Positions 49,107-63,000 of a stretch of 64,000 nucleotides of DNA are shown piece by piece. Positions within the stretch are counted from its first letter, which is position 1; each line of letters begins with the position of its first letter. This DNA is from Lingula anatina. Its lineage: Eukaryota > Animalia > Brachiopoda. The notes below the pieces were generated by a model. It was not told the DNA's origin. It did no database searches and saw only the letters and a list, made by a program, of their open reading frames with translations. Where the stretch lies: positions 22,156,534 to 22,220,533 of the forward strand of contig CM120644.1 of assembly GCA_051362555.1 (NCBI GenBank), in the 5' to 3' direction. Position numbers and translations under genes: made by a program.

Positions 49107-51727
49107 CCCCCCCCCCCCCTCCGAATAATTCCTTATTACTGATGGAGGGGTTGGCAAATTGAATTAAAAGTCAGTGTCAGAGTTAATGACTAAGGTTTTA
49201 TTATCCAATTGTGCAAATATGTCATCACAGTTGTGGATGTTTTATTTTAACCAAAACTTAAAAGTGTATTACTTTGTAAGTAAACAAGTCAGACAATTTG
49301 AGTTTTTACCATTTTAAAGACGTAAGGGTAAAATTTTGTGTCAAATATGCTAAGATTAAGATGTTAAACCATTTATTCTTTGAAAGACTTCACTTGACCT
49401 GTTCATCTTAATAACCTTTATTCTATCCATCTGTGTAGTAGAAATGCAGATCTATTTTGGAATAAATTTTATAAGCAAAGGTAATGTTTTTTGTTAGTCA
49501 TTTAGAAAAGGATAAAGTTTACATTTATTTCAAATTTGAAGAAACATTTACCAATCCAACTTTTTTTCAAAGTTCCATAGACGTTGTGTCTCAAAAATAA
49601 ATACAACGAAAAGCAAAATCTTCAATTATAAGAAATGTGTCCACCATGCCGCGTGTAACCCTTGTAAGGATTGAAAAAAAATCTAAGTCAGTATTTATTA
49701 GCATAAGCGATGCATAGGCCTTGGTTCTTGTCTCACTTCTATCCAGGAGCAGTCACAATCTACCCTAGGTTCTAGATTCCGGTATTTCCAGCTCGATCTT
49801 GATTTCATATATAACCCATATCAGCAATACCTAGTAAAAATGACTCCAAGGTATATATTTAATATTTACAAGCTAATTTTTACGTTGCCCTAACACTCAG
49901 GGTATCATAATCCCACATTTGGATGTATATAGCTAGGTCATTGGGTGTCGACTTTATATACTTTTTCATTCAATGCATTCACACATTTTTTAAATAATAT
50001 AAAATGAATATTAAATGAACAGGTATCTTTTGTTTCAACATCAGCAAAAAACTTACATGTATAGTTTTGAATAAAAGGTGTTTAAACGATGACTGTATTT
50101 ACAAACATTTTATTAAAGATAACATTAGAAACACTTAAGATGTCCACCTACCAAGCTGACTTTCAAAACCGATCCGCTCCCCCCCCCACCCCCTCCAAAT
50201 TGACGTGGGGTTCGGGACCTGCTGCTGGACCCCGAAAATTTTTGTTATTTAAGGGGGCGAACGGTGCCATTTGGTATGGTTTAAAACTATGATTCAGCTA
50301 GTCAAAATTCTAATTACAAGAGGGGACCAGAAATGGAAAAAAATCTTATTACATGAGGGGGGCCAGAAATCTAAATCCGCCACTGCCCTGAGATTCCCGA
50401 CATAAATGCCACGGAGGCCCCCCCCCCCCTCCGAATAATTCCTTATTACTGATGGAGGGGTTGGCAAATTGAATTAAAAGTCAGTGTCAGAGTTAATGAC
50501 TAAGGTTTTATTATCCAATTGTGCAAATATGTCATCACAGTTGTGGATGTTTTATTTTAACCAAAACTTAAAAGTGTATTACTTTGTAAGTAAACAAGTC
50601 AGACAATTTGAGTTTTTACCATTTTAAAGACGTAAGGGTAAAATTTTGTGTCAAATATGCTAAGATTAAGATGTTAAACCATTTATTCTTTGAAAGACTT
50701 CACTTGACCTGTTCATCTTAATAACCTTTATTCTATCCATCTGTGTAGTAGAAATGCAGATCTATTTTGGAATAAATTTTATAAGCAAAGGTAATGTTTT
50801 TTGTTAGTCATTTAGAAAAGGATAAAGTTTACATTTATTTCAAATTTGAAGAAACATTTACCAATCCAACTTTTTTTCAAAGTTCCATAGACGTTGTGTC
50901 TCAAAAATAAATACAACGAAAAGCAAAATCTTCAATTATAAGAAATGTGTCCACCATGCCGCGTGTAACCCTTGTAAGGATTGAAAAAAAATCTAAGTCA
51001 GTATTTATTAGCATAAGCGATGCATAGGCCTTGGTTCTTGTCTCACTTCTATCCAGGAGCAGTCACAATCTACCCTAGGTTCTAGATTCCGGTATTTCCA
51101 GCTCGATCTTGATTTCATATATAACCCATATCAGCAATACCTAGTAAAAATGACTCCAAGGTATATATTTAATATTTACAAGCTAATTTTTACGTTGCCC
51201 TAACACTCAGGGTATCATAATCCCACATTTGGATGTATATAGCTAGGTCATTGGGTGTCGACTTTATATACTTTTTCATTCAATGCATTCACACATTTTT
51301 TAAATAATATAAAATGAATATTAAATGAACAGGTATCTTTTGTTTCAACATCAGCAAAAAACTTACATGTATAGTTTTGAATAAAAGGTGTTTAAACGAT
51401 GACTGTATTTACAAACATTTTATTAAAGATAACATTAGAAACACTTAAGATGTCCACCTACCAAGCTGACTTTCAAAACCGATCCGCTCCCCCCCCCACC
51501 CCCTCCAAATTGACGTGGGGTTCGGGACCTGCTGCTGGACCCCGAAAATTTTTGTTATTTAAGGGGGCGAACGGTGCCATTTGGTATGGTTTAAAACTAT
51601 GATTCAGCTAGTCAAAATTCTAATTACAAGAGGGGACCAGAAATGGAAAAAAATCTTATTACATGAGGGGGGCCAGAAATCTAAATCCGCCACTGCCCTG
51701 AGATTCCCGACATAAATGCCACGGAGG
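49107..51727 (+). repeat. Apparently identical 1310-bp direct tandem duplication
   Basis: Lines match at offset 1310; ORFs at 50089 and 51399 are identical; the junction is in a poly-C run at about 50418. Confidence 0.92.
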
Positions 51728-51864
51728 CAGCATGAGATGATAAAGTACACCGTCTTCTGATTTCAATTGCATCAGCAGTACTTGGCACCGCTATCGCAAT
51801 CCTTATGTTACTGAAATGCGCAGCGAACACAATGGTCAATCTACTGTAAACTATCCACCAATTA

Positions 51865-53493
51865 CCGGTGTGAACGGAATGCAGGTCCGCCCGGAACCGC
51901 GGTCCTACGGACCTTGGTTCCTACGGACCACCGTTCCTGAGGAATAGTAGTCCTAATTGGACCTACATTCCTGATATAATAAAGGGTAGGACTTCTATTC
52001 CTGGCGGACCTGCATGACGTTTACAGTAGTCAACGGAATGGGGGTCCGCCCTATAACTATGTCCGACCATTAAAATTAGCAGCTAGTGGATAATGACTAC
52101 TGGCAGTAATATTATGCTTTAATGAGCACATAAAAGTACTCCGTAAAATCGACGGTTTGGCAGTTCGTCTCCCTGGTGTAGTGGTAAGGCTCAGTATAAT
52201 GGATGCTATACAGAATAATTGTGAATAATTGTGTGAGTGGATGTAGGTTCGAATTTCGTTTACAGAAATAAAATTATGTTTACTTTTCGTGTGAATTTTT
52301 TTCTTTAGTTTTATCCTGGTCGTCATTTTTGCCACGTAGCAAATTTATTGATTGGTTACAGACATAACCAGATGTCACACGCGACCTTGTTCTTAAATAC
52401 CGCTCATATATGAATACCACACCCTCACTAGACGTTTAATATGGAAGGGACAAGCAGCATCCGAACCAGGCCCGAAGTTGAAGTTATTTTCCAATATCTT
52501 GAGGAGGGCACGTATCCTATCGAGACAACACCAACACAGAAAAGAGTTATTCGGAGAACAAGCAAGTCTGATTATAAAGTAATAAGCTTTCAATTTTCAT
52601 GATGTTAAATATGCAATATTATTAGAGGTCACACTACGTTATACGCAGATATACAATTCCAGGGATGTGTGTCCAATGGACCTATGTACCTTGAATAAAT
52701 GTCCTGCAGGGGATTACTATTTCATGGGTATTTATGCCCGGGGGACTACAATTCCTGGGATTTTAGGTCCGGGGGACTACCATTTCTAGGATTTTAGGTC
52801 CAGGGGACTACCATTTCCAGGATTTTAGGTCCGGGGGACTACCATTTCTGGGATTTTAGGTCCGGGAACTACCATTTCTGGGATTTTAGGTCCGGGGGAC
52901 TACCATTTCTGGGATTTTAGGTCCGGGCACTACCATTTCTGGGATTTTAGGTCCGGGGGACTACCATTTCTGGGATTTTAGGTCCGGGGGACTACCATTT
53001 CTAGGATTTTAGGTCCGGGGACTACCATTTCTGGGATTTTAGGTCCGGGGGACTACCATTTCTAGGATTTTAGGTCCGGGGGACTACCATTTCTGGGATT
53101 TTAGGTCCAGGGGACTACCATTTCTGGGATTTTAGGTCCGGGGACAGCTGCTTACGATTCCTTTTCTCAGTTTTAAACTCGAACAAAATAACATTAGTAT
53201 ATGTCAATAATTCCTTTAACATCATGAGTACACATACATGCATATTGTAATGCTTATTTCAGATTGAACAAGGCAAGCTCTATTACAGAGTTAGCAAGAG
53301 GAAAGTGAGGGACGTAGCAGATGAATGACATGCATTCCTTGGTAACTGTTGTCCTACGGACGTTAAATCCTAGTAACGTATGTCCTACATGTAGGACCTC
53401 CATTCCGAGCAACGCTAGACCTAGGACTTGCGTTCCCAGGACTTAGTGTCCGGTCGGACTTGCGTTACTAGGACTACCATTCCGTTCACACGG
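51865..53493. mobile_element. Non-autonomous TIR element containing a 31-bp minisatellite
   Basis: ccggtgtgaacggaatg ... cattccgttcacacgg inverted termini; subterminal GGACC/GTCC-rich motifs. Confidence 0.6.
52740..53144. repeat. 31-bp minisatellite, ~13 copies
   Basis: Unit gggggactaccatttctgggattttaggtcc. Confidence 0.93.
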
Positions 53494-55746
53494 CATGCTT
53501 ACTTTTGATTGATAAAGATGACGATAGAAATGTGTCCTTAACCTTACTGGCTCTTTATACATGTAGAATTAACTAACAACCCACTATCTTCAAAGTGTCA
53601 AAGCCTCAAAGTGTACTACAGAATGGGTTTTTATTTTATACATCCTTTCACCAACACTTTAAACGAATAAAAGAGAGTAGAAAGTTGTTGTTTTCCCTAC
53701 ATCAGTGGCAGTAATAAATGTAATTCTATAAGGAACTTTGTTGCATTCCGGGTTGGAAAATCCAGTCCCAAAGTAACAGCTAGCTAGGACACTCTTATCT
53801 TATTTTGATTTAATACAGCCCATCTGCACGTAAACCATTTGCGCATTAATGTCATGAGCAACGGAATAGCCAGCCTTTGTAAATTTAACAGGATCAAATT
53901 AAAAAACATCCTGTTTGTCAAATGCAACAGTCTGCTTTTTAATACATTTAACGAGGATTCCTGTTCATGCTGTTAATGTGGGCTGAGAAAGTTTTCGGGA
54001 ACAGTTATTAAATTCATAGAATATCCATTCACACCGTTAATCTATGCCGCATGTGGTTCTCATCGGGTCGTTGACTTAAGGGGAAGTATGACGGTTGATG
54101 GAGTAAGATAAGGAAAAGGCATTATATAGAAAAGCAGAACTATTTCTCTACAATCCGCCCCTGCATGTCCCCCCCCTCCCACCCGGAAGGCTACGACACA
54201 TTAATGTGAGCGTAAATGTTGGCCCTGATTTCCCCCCCATACAGACGCACTTATCAGCTTATACTGCATTTTGACCTAAGCTGAGCTGGAATTTGTTTAC
54301 TTTTGATTGATAAAGATGACGTTAGAAATGTGGCCTTGACCTTATTGGCTCTTGATAGAATTAACCGACTTCCCTCCTTCGTACATTCTGTTCGACTCAA
54401 ATATTGCACTACTTGAGTTTTGATTTCATTTACAATTCCATCCACATTGTCACCAAATAAAATGAAAGGACACAGTTTGTTTTCCCCATATATGCGACAG
54501 TAGCAGTTGTGATTCTTCAAGGATTCTTTATGGCATTCTGGGGTTGAAAACCTAGTCACAAGGTAACAGCTAGGACACTCTTATCTTATTTTATGATTTA
54601 ATTTTAGAAATGCCACAGTGCCGTTCTGCACGAAGACCATTTCGACATTAATGACATTAGGTTGCACGAAGAGCATTGGGTTATTGAGATTTGTTCACCT
54701 GAGGAATTAAAAATACGGTTGTTCTCCCAAGTGCATAGAAAATGGAAACAAGCAAGATGTGGTAAAACAAGGGGATTCTGCCTATGAAAAGAAAAGAGAA
54801 ACTACGTGATTAATCACCTATCCTCCACTTTATGTGGTGACATTTTTCAAAGACAAGGGGATTTTTTAATCAAAGACATAAACTAGACATAAACTCCTGT
54901 TAATGACACAAATTCCACCTACAGGTATCCGCACTCAACTGATGATCACTACTACAACCCTCGGCGTCAAGGTAAGTAAATAAAAAAGTCAAATTGTCGT
55001 GTAGCCTACCATAAATCTGCGTTGGTAGCTCGTTCTTTTCAATGGGCAAAATATCAGATACATGTACATAATTTGGGTATACTGATATATGTTTTTCTGT
55101 ATAGCATTTGTCATTAATTTATTAAAGATAAGCATGAATAGGCTATATTGGAATGACGGACAAGCAGGATAACATGGCTCCATCCCTTATGTTAATAAGA
55201 AAAATGGGGATGAATATACGGATGAAATAACCTAATACAAATTTCCATTTCAAGACCAGAGTTTTAAATATTTGCATATAAATTCTGTAAAGATAAAACA
55301 GCTGGATAATGGGATACCTTGGGATAAAGTGTGTGTGGGCGGGGTTGTAGATGTGACCATCTAAAAATTTGCATCTCTGTAATGTAGTATAATAAAAGAG
55401 TGGGGCATTTAGCAAAAGTCATGTAACATGAAAGATGCATCTTGTCATTTTAAAAAAAGTATTACTACAGATAACAAAACGTCTCTAAATGCTGAAATTA
55501 ACAGATTGACAGGCAGACTGAATAACATGAACCCTGACATTTCTATTTATTGTCCTATGCACCATAAGTAAGCAAGCAAATGTGACATAATTAAATTCAA
55601 CATCGCCCTCCCTGTGTCAAAGTCATCTTTCTTCTGTAATTCTTCCTCTAATACTGCAATTGCATCATAAAAATATGATCCATTAGTTTACCCCAATACT
55701 GTTTAATTGCGGACAATCTAGCTAGATCCTCTGTAAATATATAAAA

Positions 55747-55747
<1 letters not shown>

Positions 55748-55809
<62 letters not shown>
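55748..55809. repeat. (TA)n microsatellite
   Basis: Pure TA run. Confidence 0.95.
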
Positions 55810-55810
<1 letters not shown>

Positions 55811-56840
55811 TTTTAATCTTCGAGTTTGATATATATATAAGTCACATCTTAAAGGACAATGTTCATGTAAAAATCCATTTCTCGAATTTTGAAGATACAG
55901 CACTCAATCTATACACTAGAGGTATGTTTTAATCGATCCCCGCCATTTAAAAATTATAAAAACAATCTATTAGTAGAAAAAAAGCGTTTTAGTAAACCTC
56001 ACCTCAATATGCAAAAATGAAGCAACAGATCTGGGTCACGTGGTACTGTGACGACAATCACGATAAAGGTCTATGAGACTCAACTGAGCTCCATGGTGCA
56101 TACAGACGGAGAAGTTAATGAAAGTTGTGTTGAACGGAGTTGAGGAATTTTCGTTATGCCTCGGTGTGTTGCCGTGGGATTCACCAAAATTGCAGCTCTC
56201 GTTGACAATCTTTCTTTGTCTGTGACGGTCTTCCGTGACTTACTTACTAACTTCGGTGACAATAGTTGCGATGCTCTAGATCATGGTCACCTCAGGTGGT
56301 TTAGATCATATCAAGAGCTGGTAGTCTTTCAGATTAACTGTCGTCAGTTGGCAAACTTACTGATTGCTGATGCATTTTAAATGCATTGTAGTTGACCAAA
56401 AGCTCGTTTACAACAAACCTGTTAATTATGCACCGCTGCAATTCCCAAGCCAGGTAATAACAGGTATGAAACTCGTCTTGTGGGCTTTGATATTTTTCAA
56501 TATATCTCCTTTATTTCATGGGGTTATTTTATTGGTATTTGTAAATGACGTTAAATATCAATACTTAAACAATTAAGTTCAAACACGGTCGCGAACATTA
56601 ATAAAAGAAATTGCTCTCAGGGTATCTTGAAGCTTCCGTGGAAGAAAACGTGTTGAGGAAAAACAGGAAAAAGAGCGTTATATTAAAGAAAAAATGGGAA
56701 CTGCTATAATAAAATGGTTCGTTATCCTAATTCGTTTATGCTTTGAGGATTTGTTTCTGAAGATTATTTCACCTGAAATATTAAATAATTTAAAAGATTG
56801 ATCATTTTATAACTTGAAACGCAAATTCTGCGTCAGTACG

Positions 56841-56888
<48 letters not shown>

Positions 56889-57199
56889 AAATTTGTAAGC
56901 TTATAACACCGTGCTATAAAGATCTACTCAAGAAAAAAATTTGCTTGGGTAAAATTGAGTACGGAATGAACTGGAGACACTTGGCTTGTCGTTAAGTTTA
57001 CACGAAAATATGTCAGGTAACTTTATACTGTCTTTGAAAGAGTAAAGATTGAAAGATAATTTTAGACAAACTTTGACGGGGGAAATACCTACAAAGAGTA
57101 ATGGGCTATTTCGCCAACATCTTGTTGAAAATTTTACACTGCAATTCTATTCAAATAAGCTAAGGAACTAATTGCCAAATTAATACTCTCATCACATAA

Positions 57200-57850
57200 C
57201 AGGGGGGGTAACCAGACCTGCAAAAATTGTACGCACATATTTAAAAAGATTACAAGCACATACAGCAAAATGTAGACCTACGCAAAACATGAAGGACAGC
57301 GTAATCACAGCAAATGTACCTCATATAGTAGCTTTATTTCCATTAATAATAAAATCATCATTTAAGTCAAAAATATTCTTGCAATTTAATAACTATTTTA
57401 ATTTACCCAGAACGGTATTTTTATTTTAAAGGCGGTTAACTGAAATATAGTTTTATGATTTGTTTGTGAAAATTGCCCATGTCACCCTGTTAGTTTGGAG
57501 GTCTAAGCTGGATCAAGTCCGTGTTAAAATTCCTATGAAGTTGTGCAGGAAAAATTCTTCCTTTCTTTCTCTAGCTCCTCGATAAACCTGGTGTTCAGAT
57601 TTTATCTAGTACCCCCAGGTCTACGGGAGCTGCGCTTTGTAACTAACGCACAGGTAGATTTTTACCTGAGATAACTGGAGTAAAGCTTAGATAGAGAGTG
57701 CGTTCGATACAAGCAAGACAAATTGAATGCCATTTAACCCTCTAATTAAGAGGTAAAGGAAGTTCCAGTTAGATGGATGATTAAGATAGGACTTGTAAAG
57801 GTAACGGGCATTGTTTACCTCAGTTTAATAAAAGTATGCAAGACGGAGTG
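57200..57850 (+). mobile_element. Deleted, diverged copy of the element at 27651-29592
   Basis: cagggggggtaaccagacc...aaaattgtacgcaca start, plus matches to 29050-29415 (tgtgaaaattgcccat, caggtagattttt, aagaggtaaaggaagttccag). Confidence 0.72.
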
Positions 57851-58857
57851 TCAGCGGTTTAATAAAATAAATTGAATTTCACAAATAACATGGACCTCAT
57901 ATGCAATAATCAACATTTCCCTTAACTCATTCAAATGCAGTGTTTTATACAACTTGGGATAACCATAATGAAATGATTGTTAAAGAAATGACTAGACGGG
58001 AAATGGTTTTACACAGCTTCACGAGGATTTAGACCCCTCGGGTAAGAGATTTGAATGAGTATTAACTTTTATCAGAAGTCAGAGAAGTCATCTTACATGT
58101 AGACAACGCAGCTCAGTTTGACAGCTAAGCACGCTCTGTTCTCCAGTGGCTCGATTGTCGTCATCGGACCACGTGACCACGTAGCTCATTAACTCCCATG
58201 CCGAGCAAATAGGACGTTTTTTAAAGCCAAAAATTTACAAAATGAGCTTTTAATTTGTGTATTTGGATAAAGATATCGTTTGTTGAGCATGTTTTCTGAA
58301 GAATATGTCCCGTTCAGGCCATTCTGACGGCATGAAGCAAACCCTTTAAGAAAAGCACAAAACAATAATGCACAAAATAGGAGACTACCAAGTCTGATGC
58401 AATAATACATTATGTTTAACTGCACAGTCAACATCAAATTTTAATTATGCACAACAGGTAACACCGACGAAAGTAAAAGCATAAGGCTTCAGGCCCATCA
58501 GAGTTCAAGTTTATACTTTGAAAGTGCCAGACTGAGAAAAATGAAAATTTCACACAAAATTGCATACATTCAATAATAAAAGATAACCCAATTGACCTGG
58601 TTTTCTAATTTGAACTGCATGCCAATCCTAAAAATCATACTTGTAAGTTAAAAATAATAATAAGTAACACAGTTTTCTTTTCATAATGTTTGCAGAAGCA
58701 GTGCAAAAAGATTTTTGTCAATTTTGATGTAACATTACATAATATATTAGAATAATTATCACCAAAGTAACAGCTAGTAAATCATTATCTCATCTTATGA
58801 TTTACCATGACTTTTGTGCACGTAGTCCATTTGGACATTGATAGCCGGGATCCACCC

Positions 58858-58860
<3 letters not shown>

Positions 58861-58930
<70 letters not shown>
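58861..58930. repeat. (TA)n microsatellite
   Basis: Pure TA run. Confidence 0.95.
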
Positions 58931-58931
<1 letters not shown>

Positions 58932-60000
58932 CTGGAAATGGGATAACAAATTAATAGAATCCTTATGATGAAAGGAAAATAAAGTCGGTGTTTAGCCAAA
59001 TTGATGTATGAAATATTGTGACATTTTTCCACAACAGTTAGACTGATATTTTGATTCTGTACCTTATATAGGAAGCTGTCTTTGATACAAGTCCAACCCT
59101 CATTAGTTGATGCCACTGTGATATCAAGCAGAATTCACGGATAACCAGGTAGGTTAAGGTTTAGAAAAACTAGTGGATCAGAAAAAGATCTTATAAATAG
59201 ACATAACAGTATCATATTTACAAATATATATTACCATGTATTTACTATTGGGAGAATGTTGTCATGTTTTAGAGCTCTGAATTCTGAAGTTACGATTGCA
59301 GGGCCAAATGAACAGATGGACTGGACAACATGACACCCTAACACAGTGTTTCCATTTATTGTCCTATTGTACTAAATGTAAATACACAAGGGTGACATAA
59401 TACATTTCACCATTGCCGTTTCTATGTCATACCGATAAAAACTCCATAAAATATTATCATTCAGTCTACCTGAATCACGTTTAATTTCAAATAATTTAGC
59501 TGGATCATATATTTATTTCATTGTATAACGTTATTGAATCCATTATAAGGTAAAATTTTATCCTTGAGATAAGTTGATAAGATTTATAATAAAAAAAAAT
59601 TAAGTCCCCAACAACTACGAGCGCTGCCTAAAAACATGACCCACTTATGCTCACTTTTAAGGAACCTGTGTTTAAAATATACGGAGTAGTCATTTTCAAG
59701 ATTATGTGAAGTCAATTCACGCTTGACACAGTTTTTAACCCAACAAATTACCTATAATTTATTAATCTCAAACCCCAGTCACTGTTAATGTAGGCTGAGA
59801 AAGTTCTTGGCGGAACATGTGTTGAAGGCTTACAATACACATGCGAATAATTTTTGTGTCACCTGTAGTACTAATCTAGACACTGGCTGAGTAGAAAATA
59901 AAACTTTTGGTGTCTTAGGATGAAAATACACTTCATATAGATCCTCAAAAAATCTTATCAGATCAAACCCCCAGATTGCACCTCCCATAGCAGCACTTAC

Positions 60001-63000
60001 AGCTGGAGGCAGCTAGAACTGAGGTTCTGGATTAGATGTAAACATCGAGATTTACATATATGGTCTTACATCAGCAATACAAGGAGTGAGACGGGCTTTG
60101 CCCATGCATTCCTGTAGATCTTTAATTGATCTACCATATCTGTATTTGGGCTACAAACACCACCAAAATTGATTATGTTGTGACGGATGATAGTTCACTC
60201 ACTTTAGTAAACACATTATTAAAATACTGACGCATTTGAGTGAATATTGATATTACTTTTTTTCTGGAGTGAAGTCATTCACAGGAGTGCTTAGTTCATT
60301 TATTTATACTGCTGAATAACAGCACAGAACGGAGTGACATTAGCGAGCAGTTTCTCTGTATATTCTCCGCAATTATACTTTGTTTGTGTATAGCCTGTCA
60401 GTACCTCTATTGTAACATAGTGTACAAGTTTGATATTGTATATTCATCTCTTGGTTCATATATTAGTAATTAATTAATCTTGCATCATCAGTATATTGTA
60501 TATAAGGTAAGTCAAATCACCCATCCATCCCAGATTTTACTAGTGAATTTAGCAAGATATTTACATTATAACACAAAAAGGGCACAGCCTATATGGCATA
60601 TTTTAGTACTCTTTTCCTCCATTGTATTGCCAATTGAGCCAGGAATCCAGTTTAGTTTACTGTGGCTGGCAAAGATTTTATGATATATAAACATTAATGA
60701 TAAATGTATGCGACCGTTTTACCACAGCTTTCTCAGCTTGCACTGGACAACTTTTTGACAAACACACACACGCTCGGCTGTCACCTTGATTAGATAGTAA
60801 ACGATTGTCGTAAAATCGCTAAATGATATTAAAACTTGGTGCATAAACTTGAAAACCACCTAGGACAACCTTAAATTGCCACATTAATCCAATACAATGC
60901 TAAATAACTATAACAAGTGGTTAAAGCCTTCAAACCGAATGTCGTAAAGTCCCCATATACCTCCATAGAGACAATAAAATAGAGTAAACTTGTGAAACAA
61001 GATTCCACAATTTTAAACATAATAATCGAAATAAAATACTGCCGGGCATCAGAGCGGCCTAAAACTTGGCACGCTTACCGCAAATACTGCAGGCTACATT
61101 ATCCCGTCGCTCGTTTGTAAATTCCGTGCATGGCATACGCACAATCAAACCGTAAATCCAAATTCCCGGTTTGACGTTTAAGTCGGTCCTCTCCACCATC
61201 CAATTTAGGAAATGACGTAACCGCAGAGGTTGTATTGTCCAATGGCATGGCTTCTTTTTCGTAATGGGAGGTTTGAGAGGACTGACGTAAACGTCAAACC
61301 GTGCATACACAGTGAATGTGAACCAAAACCTAAGGTGAAATATATAAAGATATCATAGGAAGTCCTCCATGTATATAAAAGAAGTCTTCAGTCCATCTGT
61401 CAGGAACCACAGTATAGAAAAAAGAGTAATCAGTACTTTTAAGACATTGTTTCATAAAATTCATACATGGGAAGCCATGTTGTACAGTATCTTCAGATAA
61501 TTCTTCACACTCTGCAGTTCAAATTTTAATGTCCTTTGTTTAGAAGCCAGTAATCTGTTACAGGGAGTGATTAACGGTGACCACCAGGAAGAGGTGGCCT
61601 TGTGTATGAAGTAACCAATCAGTTTTTAAGTTATGTGATTGACAGTTTAACTGATTAAGTTTAGCATATAAACATGTAAACTTAAATCTAGAGGGGGAGA
61701 TGAGGGAGAGTAATATGTAGAAAGACTGGATAGAGAAGAGTAAGATATGTAAAAAGAGGGGAGAAAGATGCAGAAAGGGCTGGGAGGGGGAGAGTAAGAT
61801 GAAGAAAGAGAGCAATATGTAGAGGAGATATGTAGAGAGAGGAGGAGAGAGAGGTCATACTTGCGTAATGTATCTTTTAGTGTAGCAAAATATATTCAGT
61901 TGAAGTTACAGCATGGAGTCGTTTCATTCTTTTCCGTGTGCAGACAAGGAACCTGGGAATCTATGTAGCAGCATTGCAGATAACAATAATAATTCATTAA
62001 GCCAATAAAATACAAATGTATAAAATCAGGAATCTTTTGCCCTGTAGTAGCGCCATTGAAATATAAAGAATGAAAATTAAAATTACATGTTAGAGTAAAA
62101 AATAGTTACTGCCGAGGGATAAAAGCTATTTAAAAATCGCTTACTACCCTTAAAAGCTAAGAGTCTCGAATTGCTAGGTAACAATTGAAAAAGGGTAGCG
62201 TTATCCAAAAATGTGAGCCCATTGTGTCGAACCCCTATGGTTATCTTATAAAAAAGTTATTTTATGTAAGGTGGGTTCCCGGGGTGGTCTTAAGGGGGTT
62301 CCCCACACATCGTTGGCATATATGTAAAACACGTTTTTCATCAGACTTCTGGCAGACAGACTCTTGGAATTTCTGAAATTTATAACCCCTACGCCAGAGT
62401 CTCCAACTGTTATGCCCAGTACCCATAAATGGGGTGCTTATTATAGAAGGATTTCCAGGAATCCCTAAAACTATCCAAAAAGCACCCTGGGTCCATACAA
62501 GACTGGGTTCCCATGCCTAGATCAATCCAACAGGATCGGTCTAACCCCATGGGGATTCACGCTAAATTGCTATCAACTTGAGTGGCTTAAATGTCTGTCA
62601 TTTTTTGATAACCAAAACTTTAAAATGTAAGTAAACCAGTCAGATAATTTGCGTTTTTATCATTTTAAGGACAAAGGATAAATTTGTGTCGAATAAGCTA
62701 AGATTAAGATGTTAAAACGTTTATTCTTTGAGAGACTTCACTTGACCTGTTCATCTTAATAACCCTTATTCTATCCCTCTGTGTAGTAGAAATGCAGATC
62801 TATTTTGGAATAAATTTTATAAGCAAAAATTGTTTTTGTTTGTCTTTAAGAAAAGGATAAAAATTAAATTTATTTTAAATATGTAAAACATTTACAGGTG
62901 TAACTTTGTTTCTTTCAAAGTTCCATACACGTTGCGTCTCGAATATAAATACAACGAAGGGTAATTTTTTATAAATATTACAGCTGGGACCGCCATGCCG

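Larger units (their letters stand above)
45300..51820 (+). repeat. Segmental duplication block, copy 2 (paralogue of 22330-~24760) with insertions
   Basis: Starts gttctggaggcagagacac as at 22341; colinear to 46390, resumes at about 48940. Confidence 0.88.
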
